Source: Naegleria gruberi (taxonomy: Eukaryota). From it: a stretch of DNA of 64,000 bases. Made by a program: the position numbers and the translations under genes. Within the stretch, counting starts at the first letter, position 1; every line of letters starts with the position of its first letter. Shown one piece after another: positions 34,949 to 46,344 of this stretch. Below the pieces are notes generated by a model, which saw only the letters and a program-made list of their open reading frames with translations, ran no database searches and was not told the DNA's origin. The stretch lies in NCBI GenBank assembly GCA_000004985.1, contig GG738854.1. One strand, 5' to 3'.

Positions 34949-35321
34949 ATCGAATATTTCAAACAAAATGGTTAAGACAACAGTTAAAAGAGAATTTCAA
35001 AGAGAAAAGCAAGTTGAAAGAACCATGTTAAGACTACAGTTTGGTTAATGGGTTCGAGGATTTTACAATCAATCTGTTCACTAATGACTTTTCTTGAATG
35101 ATATAGATTATTCTGAATTCTGTTTGATTAATAATAATTAATTTAATTATTGAAAGTAAAATTTTGATGGAACTATCTGTTGCTCAATGATGTCGGTTAG
35201 CACAATTAGGTGCCTTTTCAAAATATTATCGATACTATTCGAAAGGAAAATAATCCATAATATTTGTGTGTGAAAACAACAAGCTCCATCTCTTCTCTTT
35301 GAATTCATTCAAATGATTCAA

Positions 35322-35837
35322 TTATTCTTCATCGTACAAGTGAGAGAATTCAATAACATCATCCAAATCATCCACATCAACCATTCTCTTCTGATAAATA
35401 CCATCTTTTGGATGATTTCTATGCCACTTTTTATGATTTCTTCCTTCAGATCTGAATCTTCCATTTCTAGTCTGTTTTTTGAAAGCTCTTTCTTCATGAT
35501 GAATTGCATTCCATTCCACCTTATTAAATCCCTTCTCAGTATTAAACTTGTGAAAGGAATTCAAAAGAACAGGTTCTGCTCTCTTTATATTCGCTCTCTC
35601 TGCAACCCAATCACATCGTTGATGATTTTCCTTATACTGACGATCATAGAGTTCCAATTCAGCAGTATAATTCCTCTCCAATCGATGAGCTCCGGCAGAA
35701 TATTCCAAATTACTTGATGATTTTTGTTTGTATTTGGAGCAACCTCCGTGATAGGATGTATCACTAGTCTTTGCTACACGAGGTGTTTGCCATTTAACTT
35801 TACCACTTCTAGCCAATGAGCCGTGAATAACTGCCAT
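35322..35837 (-). CDS. Basic 171-aa protein; the first 23 aa resemble ribosomal protein eS30 but the rest does not
   Basis: MAVIHGSLARSGKVKWQTPRVAK versus the canonical eS30 N-terminus as recalled ([23 protein letters not shown]); the remaining 148 aa are W/H/R-rich and do not resemble eS30. True ATG at 35837. Confidence 0.35.
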   Translation of the reverse strand: MAVIHGSLARSGKVKWQTPRVAKTSDTSYHGGCSKYKQKSSSNLEYSAGAHRLERNYTAELELYDRQYKENHQRCDWVAERANIKRAEPVLLNSFHKFNTEKGFNKVEWNAIHHEERAFKKQTRNGRFRSEGRNHKKWHRNHPKDGIYQKRMVDVDDLDDVIEFSHLYDEE

Positions 35838-36667
35838 ATTGTTCTTTGTTTAATTGTTGTTTGTTTTTTTTGGTTAAAAATAGAAGAATTCACTTGAAAA
35901 AATATGAAATTTGCTTTTGTTCTATTTTTATAATATTGTAAGGAGTTTTATGTAACCTCATTATTCGGATAGGTTGTTGCATTGATATTTCAGCAGGAAA
36001 TATGTTAAGGTATTGATGTTTCCAATGTGGACAGTTCTTTTGGTGTTGAATATGCTTTAAACGACGACACCTTCTCATCAAACAATGTAGAAGAAAGAGC
36101 TCAATTCATCAAGACACTCACTGCCAAATTGTATTGCATCCAAACAATCACTTTTGAGAAAAAGGAATACTCCCTTGTGGCAATACCTAAAATATCATGT
36201 AGCAAAGTGATAAACAAGGGAACAAAAGAGGATTTTGAAAGGTTTATGGACCACGAGTTCATTACCAATTCACTGCTGAATGATTTGAAACGATATTTCA
36301 AGAGTTATGAATTTGAATTAACAGACAAAGCGAGAATTGACAATCAAAAGAGAAAAGAGTACAAAAGAGAATGATGGCCGCTGGCTTGTGCAATTTTACA
36401 AAAACATTCAATTTACTGCAGTAACAATTCCTTAAATAAAACACCATCGTTTCAGAAAAATAATAGAGAACTCTGATAATATTTTCTGATGAAATTCTCC
36501 AAGTGAAATCTCCACAGTTGTCTGAAAGGAATTAGAAAAATTAGCCAATTTTCCAATACTTTAAGGAAATCAAGTTTCAGTGAGAAAATTTGTAAAATAA
36601 AAATGTCTCAACTCCTACATTATCTTTGACATTAGAATAGCCAGTCTGTTTTCTTGTAGCTGTAAAC

Positions 36668-39211
36668 TTATTTTCTTGTTTTCAGTCTCAATTCCAGAGG
36701 GAGAGAATTGACATCAACCTTTGAACAGCCACCAACATGAATTGTTTGCAACTTTGAACATGCTTTGGCAATAGTAACAAGTCCCTTATTAGTAATATCA
36801 CAAAATCTTACATCCAATTCTTCCAAATTAGTTAAAGAACTCAACTCGGTTACCCCCTTGTCATGAATTTGATCCTCTCCTAAATTCATTACATAGAGCT
36901 TTCTCAAAGATTTCACATTTCCAATCATGGCGCAACCAGCATCACCAAAAGCTGTGTTTTGTTTCAAATCCAAAATTTCCAGCTTTGATAAATTAGCCAA
37001 TTTTCCAAGAGAATTTAATGAGTTACCAATGATTGAATCAGCATAAAGATGTTTAAGATTGGAGAAAGTACTGATCGTATTGAAAACGTCTTCGCTCATT
37101 GTCGCCCTACTCAGATTCAAAACTTGAATAGTATGATTATTTTTGAGGCCTAAGAATTCCTCTCCAGATATTGCATAACCCTCAAGTTTCAGAGTGTGTA
37201 ATGTCTGTATTGTGTTAAGTGCTGTAAAGAAAATATATGCATTTGCCTTCTTCTCGTGTCCAAAATGGTTTCTATCAAATTTACAATCCAAAACTTGAAG
37301 ATTTTTCCAATTAGCAACACAATCTCCAACGTCACTAATGAAATTACGACTTTCAATTCTAATAATTTCCAAATTGGGCGTGTGAGTAACAAACTCGCTA
37401 GTTATGAATGTAGTCGGTCCACAATATTCCAAATGTTTCAAAGCATAATTGGTTTCTGCAAAAACTTTTGCAAAATTCTCATCCAAATAGTAAGATCTTG
37501 AATTTGTCATCTTTGTCCTGAGAACACTTCTCCCAAAGCAAATTTTCTCCAGATTGTTAAATTTACGTACGGCCAATGTTATTAAAGACTCAAATGTTTC
37601 AATTCCTTCAATATTGAGCTCGGTTATTTTGGTACAAAGAGAATTGTCAGTTGTAAAGAGTTCTAATTTCTCAACAAGATTGTTCTCAATTTCATTTTCA
37701 TCAGCTAATTGGATAGTTCTCTTAGGGAATGAAAAAAGGTAATGGCTTATTGGATAAACTATTGACATTTGGTGTCTATGTAGACTTTGAATTTGAATGA
37801 GGTGGGATATTTCTTGAAATGAAAGGTTTGTACTTTCAACATGGAGATATTTAAATATAAATCTTGGCTTGTTAGCTTCCTTAAACTTTCCAAAATATGT
37901 TTTGATAAATTTAGAATAATTTAGTATTCCATCAAAACAACATGTTTTTGAAAAGCTGCCACCATAAAACTCTATCACAACCTCCTGAATTTTAAAAGGT
38001 AGATTTGAAAGTAATTGAATTGTAGAAGATCCCATCCTCACAAGATTGGTTGCTCCACTGTGACTTCTACTGCGAGCAGAGTTTGGAGTGCTGACTTCCT
38101 GGTTATTATTTACACACATGTCAACACTCAACTTGGGCCGTCTCTTTGTTGTTCCTGTTGACAGTCTTGGCATGGATAGAGCCTTTTTTGGAGGGGAAGG
38201 AGGTAATTTTACAACTGGATTAAGGTAAATTGATGGAGCCATTTCAAAGCTCTTCTTTTGTTTCTTTGGAGGTGATTCCTTCTTTTTTGGTGATTTCTCG
38301 CTTTTTGGTTTATCTACACTCACACTCTTTGAGTAAATGTAAGCTCTTACTGGAGATGAAGGAGCTTTCCTTATTGCCCTAGATGATGGCTTAACAATTG
38401 ATAATCGAGGTGGTACCTTTTTAGTTTCCTCCATTTTCTTATTGGCATCCATAAAAGCAGTTGCAGTAAATGTTGGTGCTGTTGATGCTGCATTGGCAGA
38501 AAGAGCCTTCCTTCCCAAACTGCTAAACATGGGAGAAGTTGGTGGTGATGCTTGCTGAAGAACCATATCCTCATCATCCATTGAGTGTTTTTTCATATTT
38601 GGAATGGGTGATAATTCCATGCTATCAATGCCAACCCTCTTCTTATTGGCAGTCAAATATCCGAGTGTTGAATTATTATCAGAAGTGGGTGAGTGTCTTT
38701 CATGATGAGAAGGAGGTGATAATGATGATGGTGGTGATGATGAATGGTGCTGTGAAGAGTAGGATGAAGAAATTCTTACTTTAGCCTCACTTGAGGGTAT
38801 ACTTGTTGAATCGGAGAGAACTACAGATGATACTCCCTTATATTTTCTAATGTTTTGAGGTGTTTGTGAAGGATTAGGACCCATGGCCAAATCTACATAT
38901 AAATGTTCCTCTGCTCCATTAAAAGTTGAATTATTATTCTCACTGATCATACTGAAGGAATCTTCTTCCATCAAATCTGAGGGAGTCAATAATAATGTAT
39001 CATCAACATCCATTCTTTTTCTTGTGGGTGAGGAGGGTATCGGAGGAAGAATAATTTGTCTACTCTGTTTCCTCTTTAATGATGATAGAGGTTCAAACAG
39101 AACAACTTCCTCCTCTGAAACTGCTGTCCTCAATAGAAATTCAACTGCTGCATTATTGGGCGTTGATGAGGGTGCAAAATAGCCTGATGAATAACTACTG
39201 GTTTTTTTCAT
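36668..39211 (-). CDS. Leucine-rich-repeat (RNI/AMN1-type) protein with long Ser/Pro-rich disordered N-terminal half
   Basis: C-terminal repeats ...LSNLKHLYADSIIGNSLNSLGKLANLSKLEILDLKQNTAFGDAGCAMIGNVKSLRKLYVMNLGEDQIHDKGVTELSSLTNLEELDVRFCDITNKGLVTIAKACSKLQTIHVGGCSKV. True ATG at 39211; 847 aa. Confidence 0.6.
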   Translation of the reverse strand: MKKTSSYSSGYFAPSSTPNNAAVEFLLRTAVSEEEVVLFEPLSSLKRKQSRQIILPPIPSSPTRKRMDVDDTLLLTPSDLMEEDSFSMISENNNSTFNGAEEHLYVDLAMGPNPSQTPQNIRKYKGVSSVVLSDSTSIPSSEAKVRISSSYSSQHHSSSPPSSLSPPSHHERHSPTSDNNSTLGYLTANKKRVGIDSMELSPIPNMKKHSMDDEDMVLQQASPPTSPMFSSLGRKALSANAASTAPTFTATAFMDANKKMEETKKVPPRLSIVKPSSRAIRKAPSSPVRAYIYSKSVSVDKPKSEKSPKKKESPPKKQKKSFEMAPSIYLNPVVKLPPSPPKKALSMPRLSTGTTKRRPKLSVDMCVNNNQEVSTPNSARSRSHSGATNLVRMGSSTIQLLSNLPFKIQEVVIEFYGGSFSKTCCFDGILNYSKFIKTYFGKFKEANKPRFIFKYLHVESTNLSFQEISHLIQIQSLHRHQMSIVYPISHYLFSFPKRTIQLADENEIENNLVEKLELFTTDNSLCTKITELNIEGIETFESLITLAVRKFNNLEKICFGRSVLRTKMTNSRSYYLDENFAKVFAETNYALKHLEYCGPTTFITSEFVTHTPNLEIIRIESRNFISDVGDCVANWKNLQVLDCKFDRNHFGHEKKANAYIFFTALNTIQTLHTLKLEGYAISGEEFLGLKNNHTIQVLNLSRATMSEDVFNTISTFSNLKHLYADSIIGNSLNSLGKLANLSKLEILDLKQNTAFGDAGCAMIGNVKSLRKLYVMNLGEDQIHDKGVTELSSLTNLEELDVRFCDITNKGLVTIAKACSKLQTIHVGGCSKVDVNSLPLELRLKTRK

Positions 39212-39830
39212 TGTTATTCCTCTCTCTAGTGTATAATATCTCTTTCAACCTTTATATCCCAGAAAATGATCCTTGTATCTCCTCTAATAATAATAGCAAT
39301 AATATTGAGTGTTGTTTTTGGCTCAAAGTTTTGTGAAAGCTACCGCGAGCAATGATTGTCCACTTTTTTAACTATGCACGTTGTGTCTGTTCATATGCGC
39401 GCAAGAGTGAAGAAATGATTCTTTAAGGGTTTGATGAATTTGCGTCGTTAAAAGGGCTCGCTTTTTTAACGAGTGAATTTTTCATTAAGAAACAATGTAT
39501 GAAGGCGGAAAAAATATATATTAAGGAATGAGTAATAACCTTGTAATATAATTGTTTTGGTTTACAACCATTGTGTTTATAAAAGTTGTAAGCTAACTTA
39601 CTTTTAACAAATTCTGAAAATTTTGATAAATCTGATATTCATCATACCATAAAATTGTAACAAGTGTGAAATTGTATCAAATATATATTATAATAATGTT
39701 TTTCTAATGGATTAGAAATACTGCTAAAACTGAATAGTTCTATTTTTGGAAAACTTCTTGAATTAGAATTCTTCTGAAACCAATCTCGTTCGAAATCCAA
39801 CTTGGTATCTTACCAACTAAAAAAAAACGA

Positions 39831-41222
39831 ATGACTTCAAGTGTACAACCATCTACTCCACCTCTAGGCGCAACAGGAGTTGATGAAACAACACCTCTCT
39901 TTGAGAGTACTCTCCTTATTGAAGATCAGGATAATTTGTTAATGTCTGATCTCAAGAATAATCAAGAAAGTGCCCTATTCGAAACAATTGATAAGGATAA
40001 TATTGACAGCAACTTTACCATTGAAGCGAATACTTCTGGTGGGGTTGATTTTGATGCAAATATATTCAATGATGAAGAATTTGGCAATTTAGCATCTGCC
40101 TTCACAACTGAAACAAAGGAAGAGGAACAAGTGGCAAAAAGTCCAATTCTCATTGAAGTTCCCTCCAATGCAAACTTTTTCAATATGAAAAGCTCACAAG
40201 AATATACCATTGAGGAGGATCAACCATTCCTTGAAACCTTTGAAATGCACCAGGAGAAACTCGAGCAAGAAGAGAAACCTTCTGATGTTGCCCCTTTCAC
40301 AGATGCTTCTGAATCTTCGTTCATGGCTGGAACTTCTAATTTGAATGATAAGATGGATATGGCACCACCAACTAGATTGAAATTCAGTGTTGAAGGATCT
40401 TACACATCCTCATCCACAACAGATCCACTAACCTCATTCACAGCTCCCAGTATTTCAATAATGGAAGCTGATGATAATCCCTTTTCATTAACTTCTCCTC
40501 AGGACTTTTCCTCAAATGTTTCATCGAATGGATCAACAAGTGGATTTTCAAATAATCATTCTGCTAGATCGTCTGACAACTCTCCTCCCTCCAAATCAGT
40601 TAAAACTGAAAACAAGTCAAGTGCAAGTCAGAGATTGGAAAGAGATGATGACTTGTCTGGTTATACTTCAGATGTGTCATCTGAGGAGGGAGAACAGAAA
40701 CTTCCTGGTATTTCCAAAACTCCCTACTTTGAACTTCGAATCACACTTTCACAATTCAACTTTTTCAGAGTTGTGAGAGTACCTCAATTGGTAAATCTCA
40801 ACGATTTGTATATTATTTCAATGGAAGCACTGGATTGGGATGATGATAAGTATAGAGAACATCCACATTATTTCAGAGATGAAGGTGGAAGAATCTTCGC
40901 CAGCTCAATACGTACATTATCTAACATTCCACCTGAAGAAGAGGACAATGTTAAAGATGAAAAGACCTATCTTTTAAATCAGGTGCTCAAGCATGAAAGA
41001 AGTACTCTCACGTTGTACTATTCCAGTAAGAAGGAGTGGATTGTCACTATTGCCCTTCAAGAAATATTCGATGAGAAGCCACCCAAAGACAAATACTCAC
41101 AAGCGGTTTACTGTGTTTCTGGGCGAGGAGGGGGCATTAGTGAAGTAGACTCATCCAAGGAAGGTAAATTTGATAAATCCAGTGTAAACAAACGTCTACA
41201 AGAAATCAAACCCACCGAATAA
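39831..41222 (+). CDS. Acidic Ser-rich hypothetical protein
   Basis: 463-aa ORF with true ATG at 39831. N-terminal two-thirds is D/E/S-rich and disordered; C-terminal 150 aa looks structured (YFELRITLSQFNFFRVVRVPQLVNLNDLYIISMEALDWDDDKYREHPHYFRDEGGRIF...). No assigned family. Confidence 0.4.
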   Translation: MTSSVQPSTPPLGATGVDETTPLFESTLLIEDQDNLLMSDLKNNQESALFETIDKDNIDSNFTIEANTSGGVDFDANIFNDEEFGNLASAFTTETKEEEQVAKSPILIEVPSNANFFNMKSSQEYTIEEDQPFLETFEMHQEKLEQEEKPSDVAPFTDASESSFMAGTSNLNDKMDMAPPTRLKFSVEGSYTSSSTTDPLTSFTAPSISIMEADDNPFSLTSPQDFSSNVSSNGSTSGFSNNHSARSSDNSPPSKSVKTENKSSASQRLERDDDLSGYTSDVSSEEGEQKLPGISKTPYFELRITLSQFNFFRVVRVPQLVNLNDLYIISMEALDWDDDKYREHPHYFRDEGGRIFASSIRTLSNIPPEEEDNVKDEKTYLLNQVLKHERSTLTLYYSSKKEWIVTIALQEIFDEKPPKDKYSQAVYCVSGRGGGISEVDSSKEGKFDKSSVNKRLQEIKPTE

Positions 41223-41256
41223 ATTAAATCATCCAATTTAATAATCGAGTAAAAAA

Positions 41257-43108
41257 TTAAGGCCAGACACCAACTTCATTGTAACTGGAAGCAACATTTT
41301 CAATGGCAGAAATGTAAGCAGCAGTTCTCAAATCAACGTTGTGCTTTTCCTTAACTTGCTTCAAGGTTTCCCATGTTTCATGCATGACACCTTCCAAGCC
41401 AGAGTAGACATAGTCAATTTCACCAGAACCAGAAGTGAGAACAAGATATTCAAGATCAGAAAGCTTCTTCTTACCAGACAATTCAGTGATAGCATCAACC
41501 ATTTCACGCTTATAATTTTGTTCAGCTCTACGAGTCATTCTACCGAATTGGACGTGACCCAAATTCTTCAACCATTCAAAGTAAGAAGCAATGATGCCTC
41601 CAGAGTTGACATAAATATCAGGAATAACTTCTTGACCATTCTTCTTTAAAACTTCATAGGCATCAGCAGAGATTGGCATGTTAGCACCTTCAACAATAAC
41701 CTTAGCACCGACTTCATGAACATTTTGAGCATTGATTTGATTTTCCAATGCAGAAAGAATGAGAATATCACAATCAACCTTCAACAATTCCTTAGGATCT
41801 CTGAGGGAGACTTGAGCATCTGGATATCCCATCAAAGTCTTCTTAGTTTGTCTGTGCAACAAAACTTGTGAAACATCCAAACCATTTGGATTATAGATTG
41901 AACCAGTAGAGTCGCTGACACCGACAACAATGGCACCTTGTCTTTGCAAGAATTTGGCAGTGTGGCTACCAACTCTACCAATACCTTGGACAACAACCTT
42001 TTTACCGAGCAAAACTCTGTCATCAGCAATTCCTTCCTTGTCAGAATAAAAATCACGAATGGCAAAGTACATTCCCTTACCAGTGGCTGTTTAAGGAAGC
42101 ATTTCACAAAATAATCCAAATATTCCAAAAATAAGAGTATGACCATTTTCGAATTATTACAGTTATGTTTTCATGAAATTTCACATTCATACATACCTTC
42201 AACACGACCTCTGACACCTCCTTGTGAAACTGGTTTACCAGTAACAGAAGCAAAACTGTTAATATTATTTGGGAAGAATGCTCTATAGGTATCTTGAATC
42301 CAGGACAACTCTCTTGAAGTGGTTCCAATATCTGGTCCAGGAACATCAACTTCAGGGGACATTACACCTCTTGTGAAGAGTTCTGTAGCATATCTTCTTG
42401 TAATTTTTTCCAATTCGATTGGATTATAGTCATTGACATCAATATCAATACCACCTAGCATGAAGAAATGCAAACAAAATATATTTCAATGATTAATCAT
42501 ATTTTCACAAGTGTCAATGACAAAAGTCAAAGTGCACAAAATCAATAATAATAATAAAAATTATCATGCAAATAATGAATGTGAAGATCAACAATATAAA
42601 TAATATTGAGAACAGTTATTCTTGAAAAAGCCATTCACATAAACATACCTTTAGCACCTCCGAATGGAATGTTATTCAAAGAACACTTCATAGTCATCAT
42701 CATTGACAAACCAACAATATCGTCTCTGGTCAATCTGGTATAACGAATACCACCCTTGCAAGGAAGACAATGACGAGAGTGTTGTGCTCTGTAAGCTCTC
42801 AACAAGGTAACATCCTTATCAAACTTATTCAAAGAGTGAGTTCTTCTCACTGGAATTACAAATTCATAAACAGCTTCAGGTTCCTTGATGTATTCTAATA
42901 AACCTTCTGGATATTGATTTTGTTGTTGTACAATACTGGCGGCCTTGTCATAAAAATGATTGACGTTAGTCAAGAGATTGAATTTTTCTCCTACTTGATC
43001 AGTTGATTTACAAGCCTTTTGGCAACTATTAATACTAGATAAAACAACACCCTTTGATGATGAAGTCTTGTTCAAGAGTGGTGTTGTAGTAGTGATCAAA
43101 TGCTTCAT
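41257..43108 (-). CDS. Glutamate dehydrogenase, three exons, probable mitochondrial targeting
   Basis: Exon 1 43108-42648 (...KGGIRYTRL...NIPFGGAKG) ends at GTATGT; 193-nt intron 42455-42647. Exon 2 42454-42196 (GIDIDVNDYNPIELEKITRRYATELF...VTGKPVSQGGVRGRVE) ends at GTATGT; 109-nt intron 42087-42195. Exon 3 42086-41257 (ATGKGMYFAIRDFY...VVVQGIGRVGSHTAKFL..., the Rossmann domain). Junction phases checked. Confidence 0.9.
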
Positions 43109-43578
43109 TTTTTTATGCTTTGTAAAAATATAGAACAGCTAACTGTAATAATTGGTTTGATGATGTGATCAACAAATAGGAGGAGGCTTTATATTTGTGT
43201 AGTGGTCATTGCCAGAAAAAGCCTATTAAACAGCATATACCGGAACTTGTCTTTCATTGAAAAATTAATTATTTTCTTGAAAATTTCATTGAACAGCATG
43301 TAGGTTTTGATAATGACCACTCCAGTGAGGATTCTCTTGTTGGATATTAGTGAAGATTGCTCTCTTTGAAGCTTCTTTGTGGTAAGCAGACCAAACTAGG
43401 GCGTAACGTTTTTTGCGATTTTATGACCATTTAAAGATGTGTTGCAATAAGTGGAATTGGGTTTACAATAACTATTTAAGCCTTGTTACAACCACTACAG
43501 TCAGCTGTGGACAGTGAAAGAAAATTGATTTAGTGTGAGATTGGAAGAAAAATTACTGTTGACTTTATCAATTCTGAT

Positions 43579-45223
43579 CTAATGTGAAATTACACTAAAT
43601 ACCAAATAAATCAAAGAAATAAATACCAATGAAATGAACGAGAATGAAACAGTGTTTGCTCCAGCACAAATGAATCTATCCAAAGGAAGAACATAGGCAC
43701 TGGTGGAATATTTCAATTCAGATGGTCCATAACCAGTGAATGTCATTTCAATAGTGAATGCAGTATAACCAATCTTTGGATTTTCCACATCAACACTCCA
43801 TGTCAATGAGTCAACCTCAGTCAAAGTCTTGGAATTAAAGATGGATCCAACATGACTGTATCTGAAATCTCTCGAATAAGTATTTGTTCCGTACCATAAC
43901 AATACCTTACTTGGTTTAATTCCATTTGTAACCTTAACCCAAATTCTGAGTCCATTCGAAATAGTTTCATTGTAGAAAGTATATTGTGGAAGAAGTGAAT
44001 TTCTCGTGGTTGCATAGTAATAAGCAAGGACTGATTGGGGAACATCAGATCCAGCTAAAGAGTGTCCAGTATTAGGCACATAACGAATATATTTTGTGGA
44101 CAATCCTGGAATTTGTTGATAACTGAACAAACTCAAATCTGGCCACATAAATTCATCTCCCATGGCATTGATCATATAGGTTGGTATATTTGTATACCTA
44201 TCTCTATAATTGAATGGATCGACAGCTTGTGCCAATAAATCAAATGCAGTAGTATTCAATTGATTTAAAACTCCTAAATTTTTGTAATCTTGCAAAGCTT
44301 CTGGCCAAGCACAAATTGATTTGTTAATATGTAGGAAACATTCTTTCAAATTCATTATTTGAATAACAATTGGAATTAAACTCTTAATTCTAATTAATTG
44401 AAATTATTTCCAACCATTTCGAATATTAGAACTCAACCATTCTAAACTTGTTTAAACTTACCTTGAATCCCTACTAGCTCCAACCAACCAAGTAGCCCAA
44501 CCACGTTTACTCGTTCCAGCAATTGTAAATTTTTCAATAGAAAATCCAATTTGCTTACTCACAAAATCCTGAATCACATCCATCGCTCTAACTGATGTCT
44601 TGGCCATTGCAAAATGAGATAACCACTCATAATCTTCAACATTGTAAACTGTTCTATTCATGGCCATGTTATTATTCATTCGCTCCATAAATTTCATCCA
44701 CGAGAAGGACATGATTTGATCTTCAGATCTACTAGTTTTGGAACTATCTGATGCGAAAACAATTGGCTGATTTGGAACGGATAATAACATGGAAGAAACT
44801 GTTTGCGAATTTGTGGAAATTGCTTGAAGAATTGCATTTCCTGTTGGCATTTCCATTCCAGTTTTTCCTGCTTCGATTAGTAAGAAACCTTCCTTGATGG
44901 ACCGATCTAGAGTTTTAGGAATGGAAATTAGTAGATAGTGTGACCTATTCATGTGTTGGAAAGCTTTCGAATAAATTAACTTACCAAGAAGAGGCTGAGC
45001 CAATTTCTGCATCTGTTAACCAGTTGACACCTCGCATGGTGATTGTGTAGAAAGTGCAATCGGAATAGGTAGTTGTAGCTGAGATGGAATAGGACATGCT
45101 TGGGGAAGGTTGCTTTAGGTACAAATCGAACATTGTGTCTTGAGAAGAAACTTGAAGAAACAAGACACAACCAAGCAAAATAAAAGAAAGTGAACGAATG
45201 GCAAGATGACAGCTCGAAGACAT
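43579..45223 (-). CDS. PhoPQ-activated pathogenicity-related (PqaA-like) secreted alpha/beta-hydrolase-like protein, three exons
   Basis: Exon 1 45223-44985 (signal peptide MSSSCHLAIRSLSFILLGCVLFLQVSS...) ends in phase 2 at GTAAGT; 40-nt intron 44945-44984. Exon 2 44944-44462 (...FTIAGTSKRGWATWLVGASRDSR) ends AG|GTAAGT; intron of about 72 nt. Exon 3 44389-43579 (RIKSLIPIV...YGTNTYSRDFRY...). Architecture and motifs match the Pfam PhoPQ_related family. Confidence 0.6.
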
Positions 45224-45443
45224 TTTTTTTTGGAAAGTTATTGAAAGAAGATCTATTAGAAAGCAAAAGGACTTTTGCAATTAGAAATCTTTCCAATAAA
45301 GTTGACTTTTCTCTTTCCACATTCGAATTGTAAAGAATATTCAAATTCGTTGAAATTCTCTCTGAAATTCCAACAGAAAGAATTCTTTAAAGAAAAAGTT
45401 CATCTTTGTAAAAATTTATTGATGATCAAGAACAATAAAAAAA

Positions 45444-46342
45444 ATGAAAATTCAAATACTGAGTGATTTGCATATTGAACATTTTCCTTCCCTCTCTGAT
45501 TTTCAAGCACAATATAAGAATCGGTATGGAAATTATTTATGTGAGACGGTCTATGGAGAGGTTCTGATACTTGCTGGAGATATTGGTGATCCATTTCAAC
45601 AGAGTTATTTCGATTTTATGCAATATTGTTCGGGGAAGTATAAAGCAGTGATGGTTATTGCTGGAAATCACGAATTTTATGGACATGAATATTTTCAAAC
45701 TATTGATCAGATTAGAAATTTGACCAGATCATTTTCAAATGTATATTTTTTGAATAGAGATGTGGTTGAGTTGACCATTGATGGGAGCTCACTTGTGTTT
45801 TTAGGTTGTACTCTTTGGAGTCATGTACCAGATAAAGCGTTAAATGTAGTTCAGAATGTAAGTGAAATAATATCTATTATCAATACTGAATCAATTACTA
45901 GTCAATGAATGATTACAGATGTATTAGTATTAATAATAATGGAACATTACAATTATTGAATGTTTATCATACGAGTCAAATGTTTAAACAAGATTTAAAT
46001 TGGATTCATTCAGAATTGAAAAAGCACAACACTAAGAAAGTTGTAGTTTGCACTCATCATGCCCCTTTTGTTAAAGGAGTAGCATCACCTTATTACGAGA
46101 ATACCACTGACGAGTCAACCCTTTTGAGCAATCATGCTTTTGCTTCTGATCTGAGTAAGATAATTTCCAATCCTCCAATAATACTGTGTGTATTTGGTCA
46201 CACACATTATTCATCAATTCAGGTTGTGAATAATGTTTATTTGGCAAGTAATCAGCTAGGTTATATTGCAAAAAACTTTTCATCTGAGAAGTCTGATAAC
46301 AAATACAGGGAGGATCTTTTCTATGATAGTGTCAATAAATAA
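45444..46342 (+). CDS. Calcineurin-like metallophosphoesterase, two exons
   Basis: Exon 1 45444-45857 ends NVVQNV|GTAAGT in phase 0; 44-nt intron 45858-45901 (...actag). Exon 2 45902-46342. Motifs DLHIE, GDIGD, GNHEFYGHEY, VVVCTHHAP, VFGHTHY. Confidence 0.75.
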
Positions 46343-46344
46343 AT

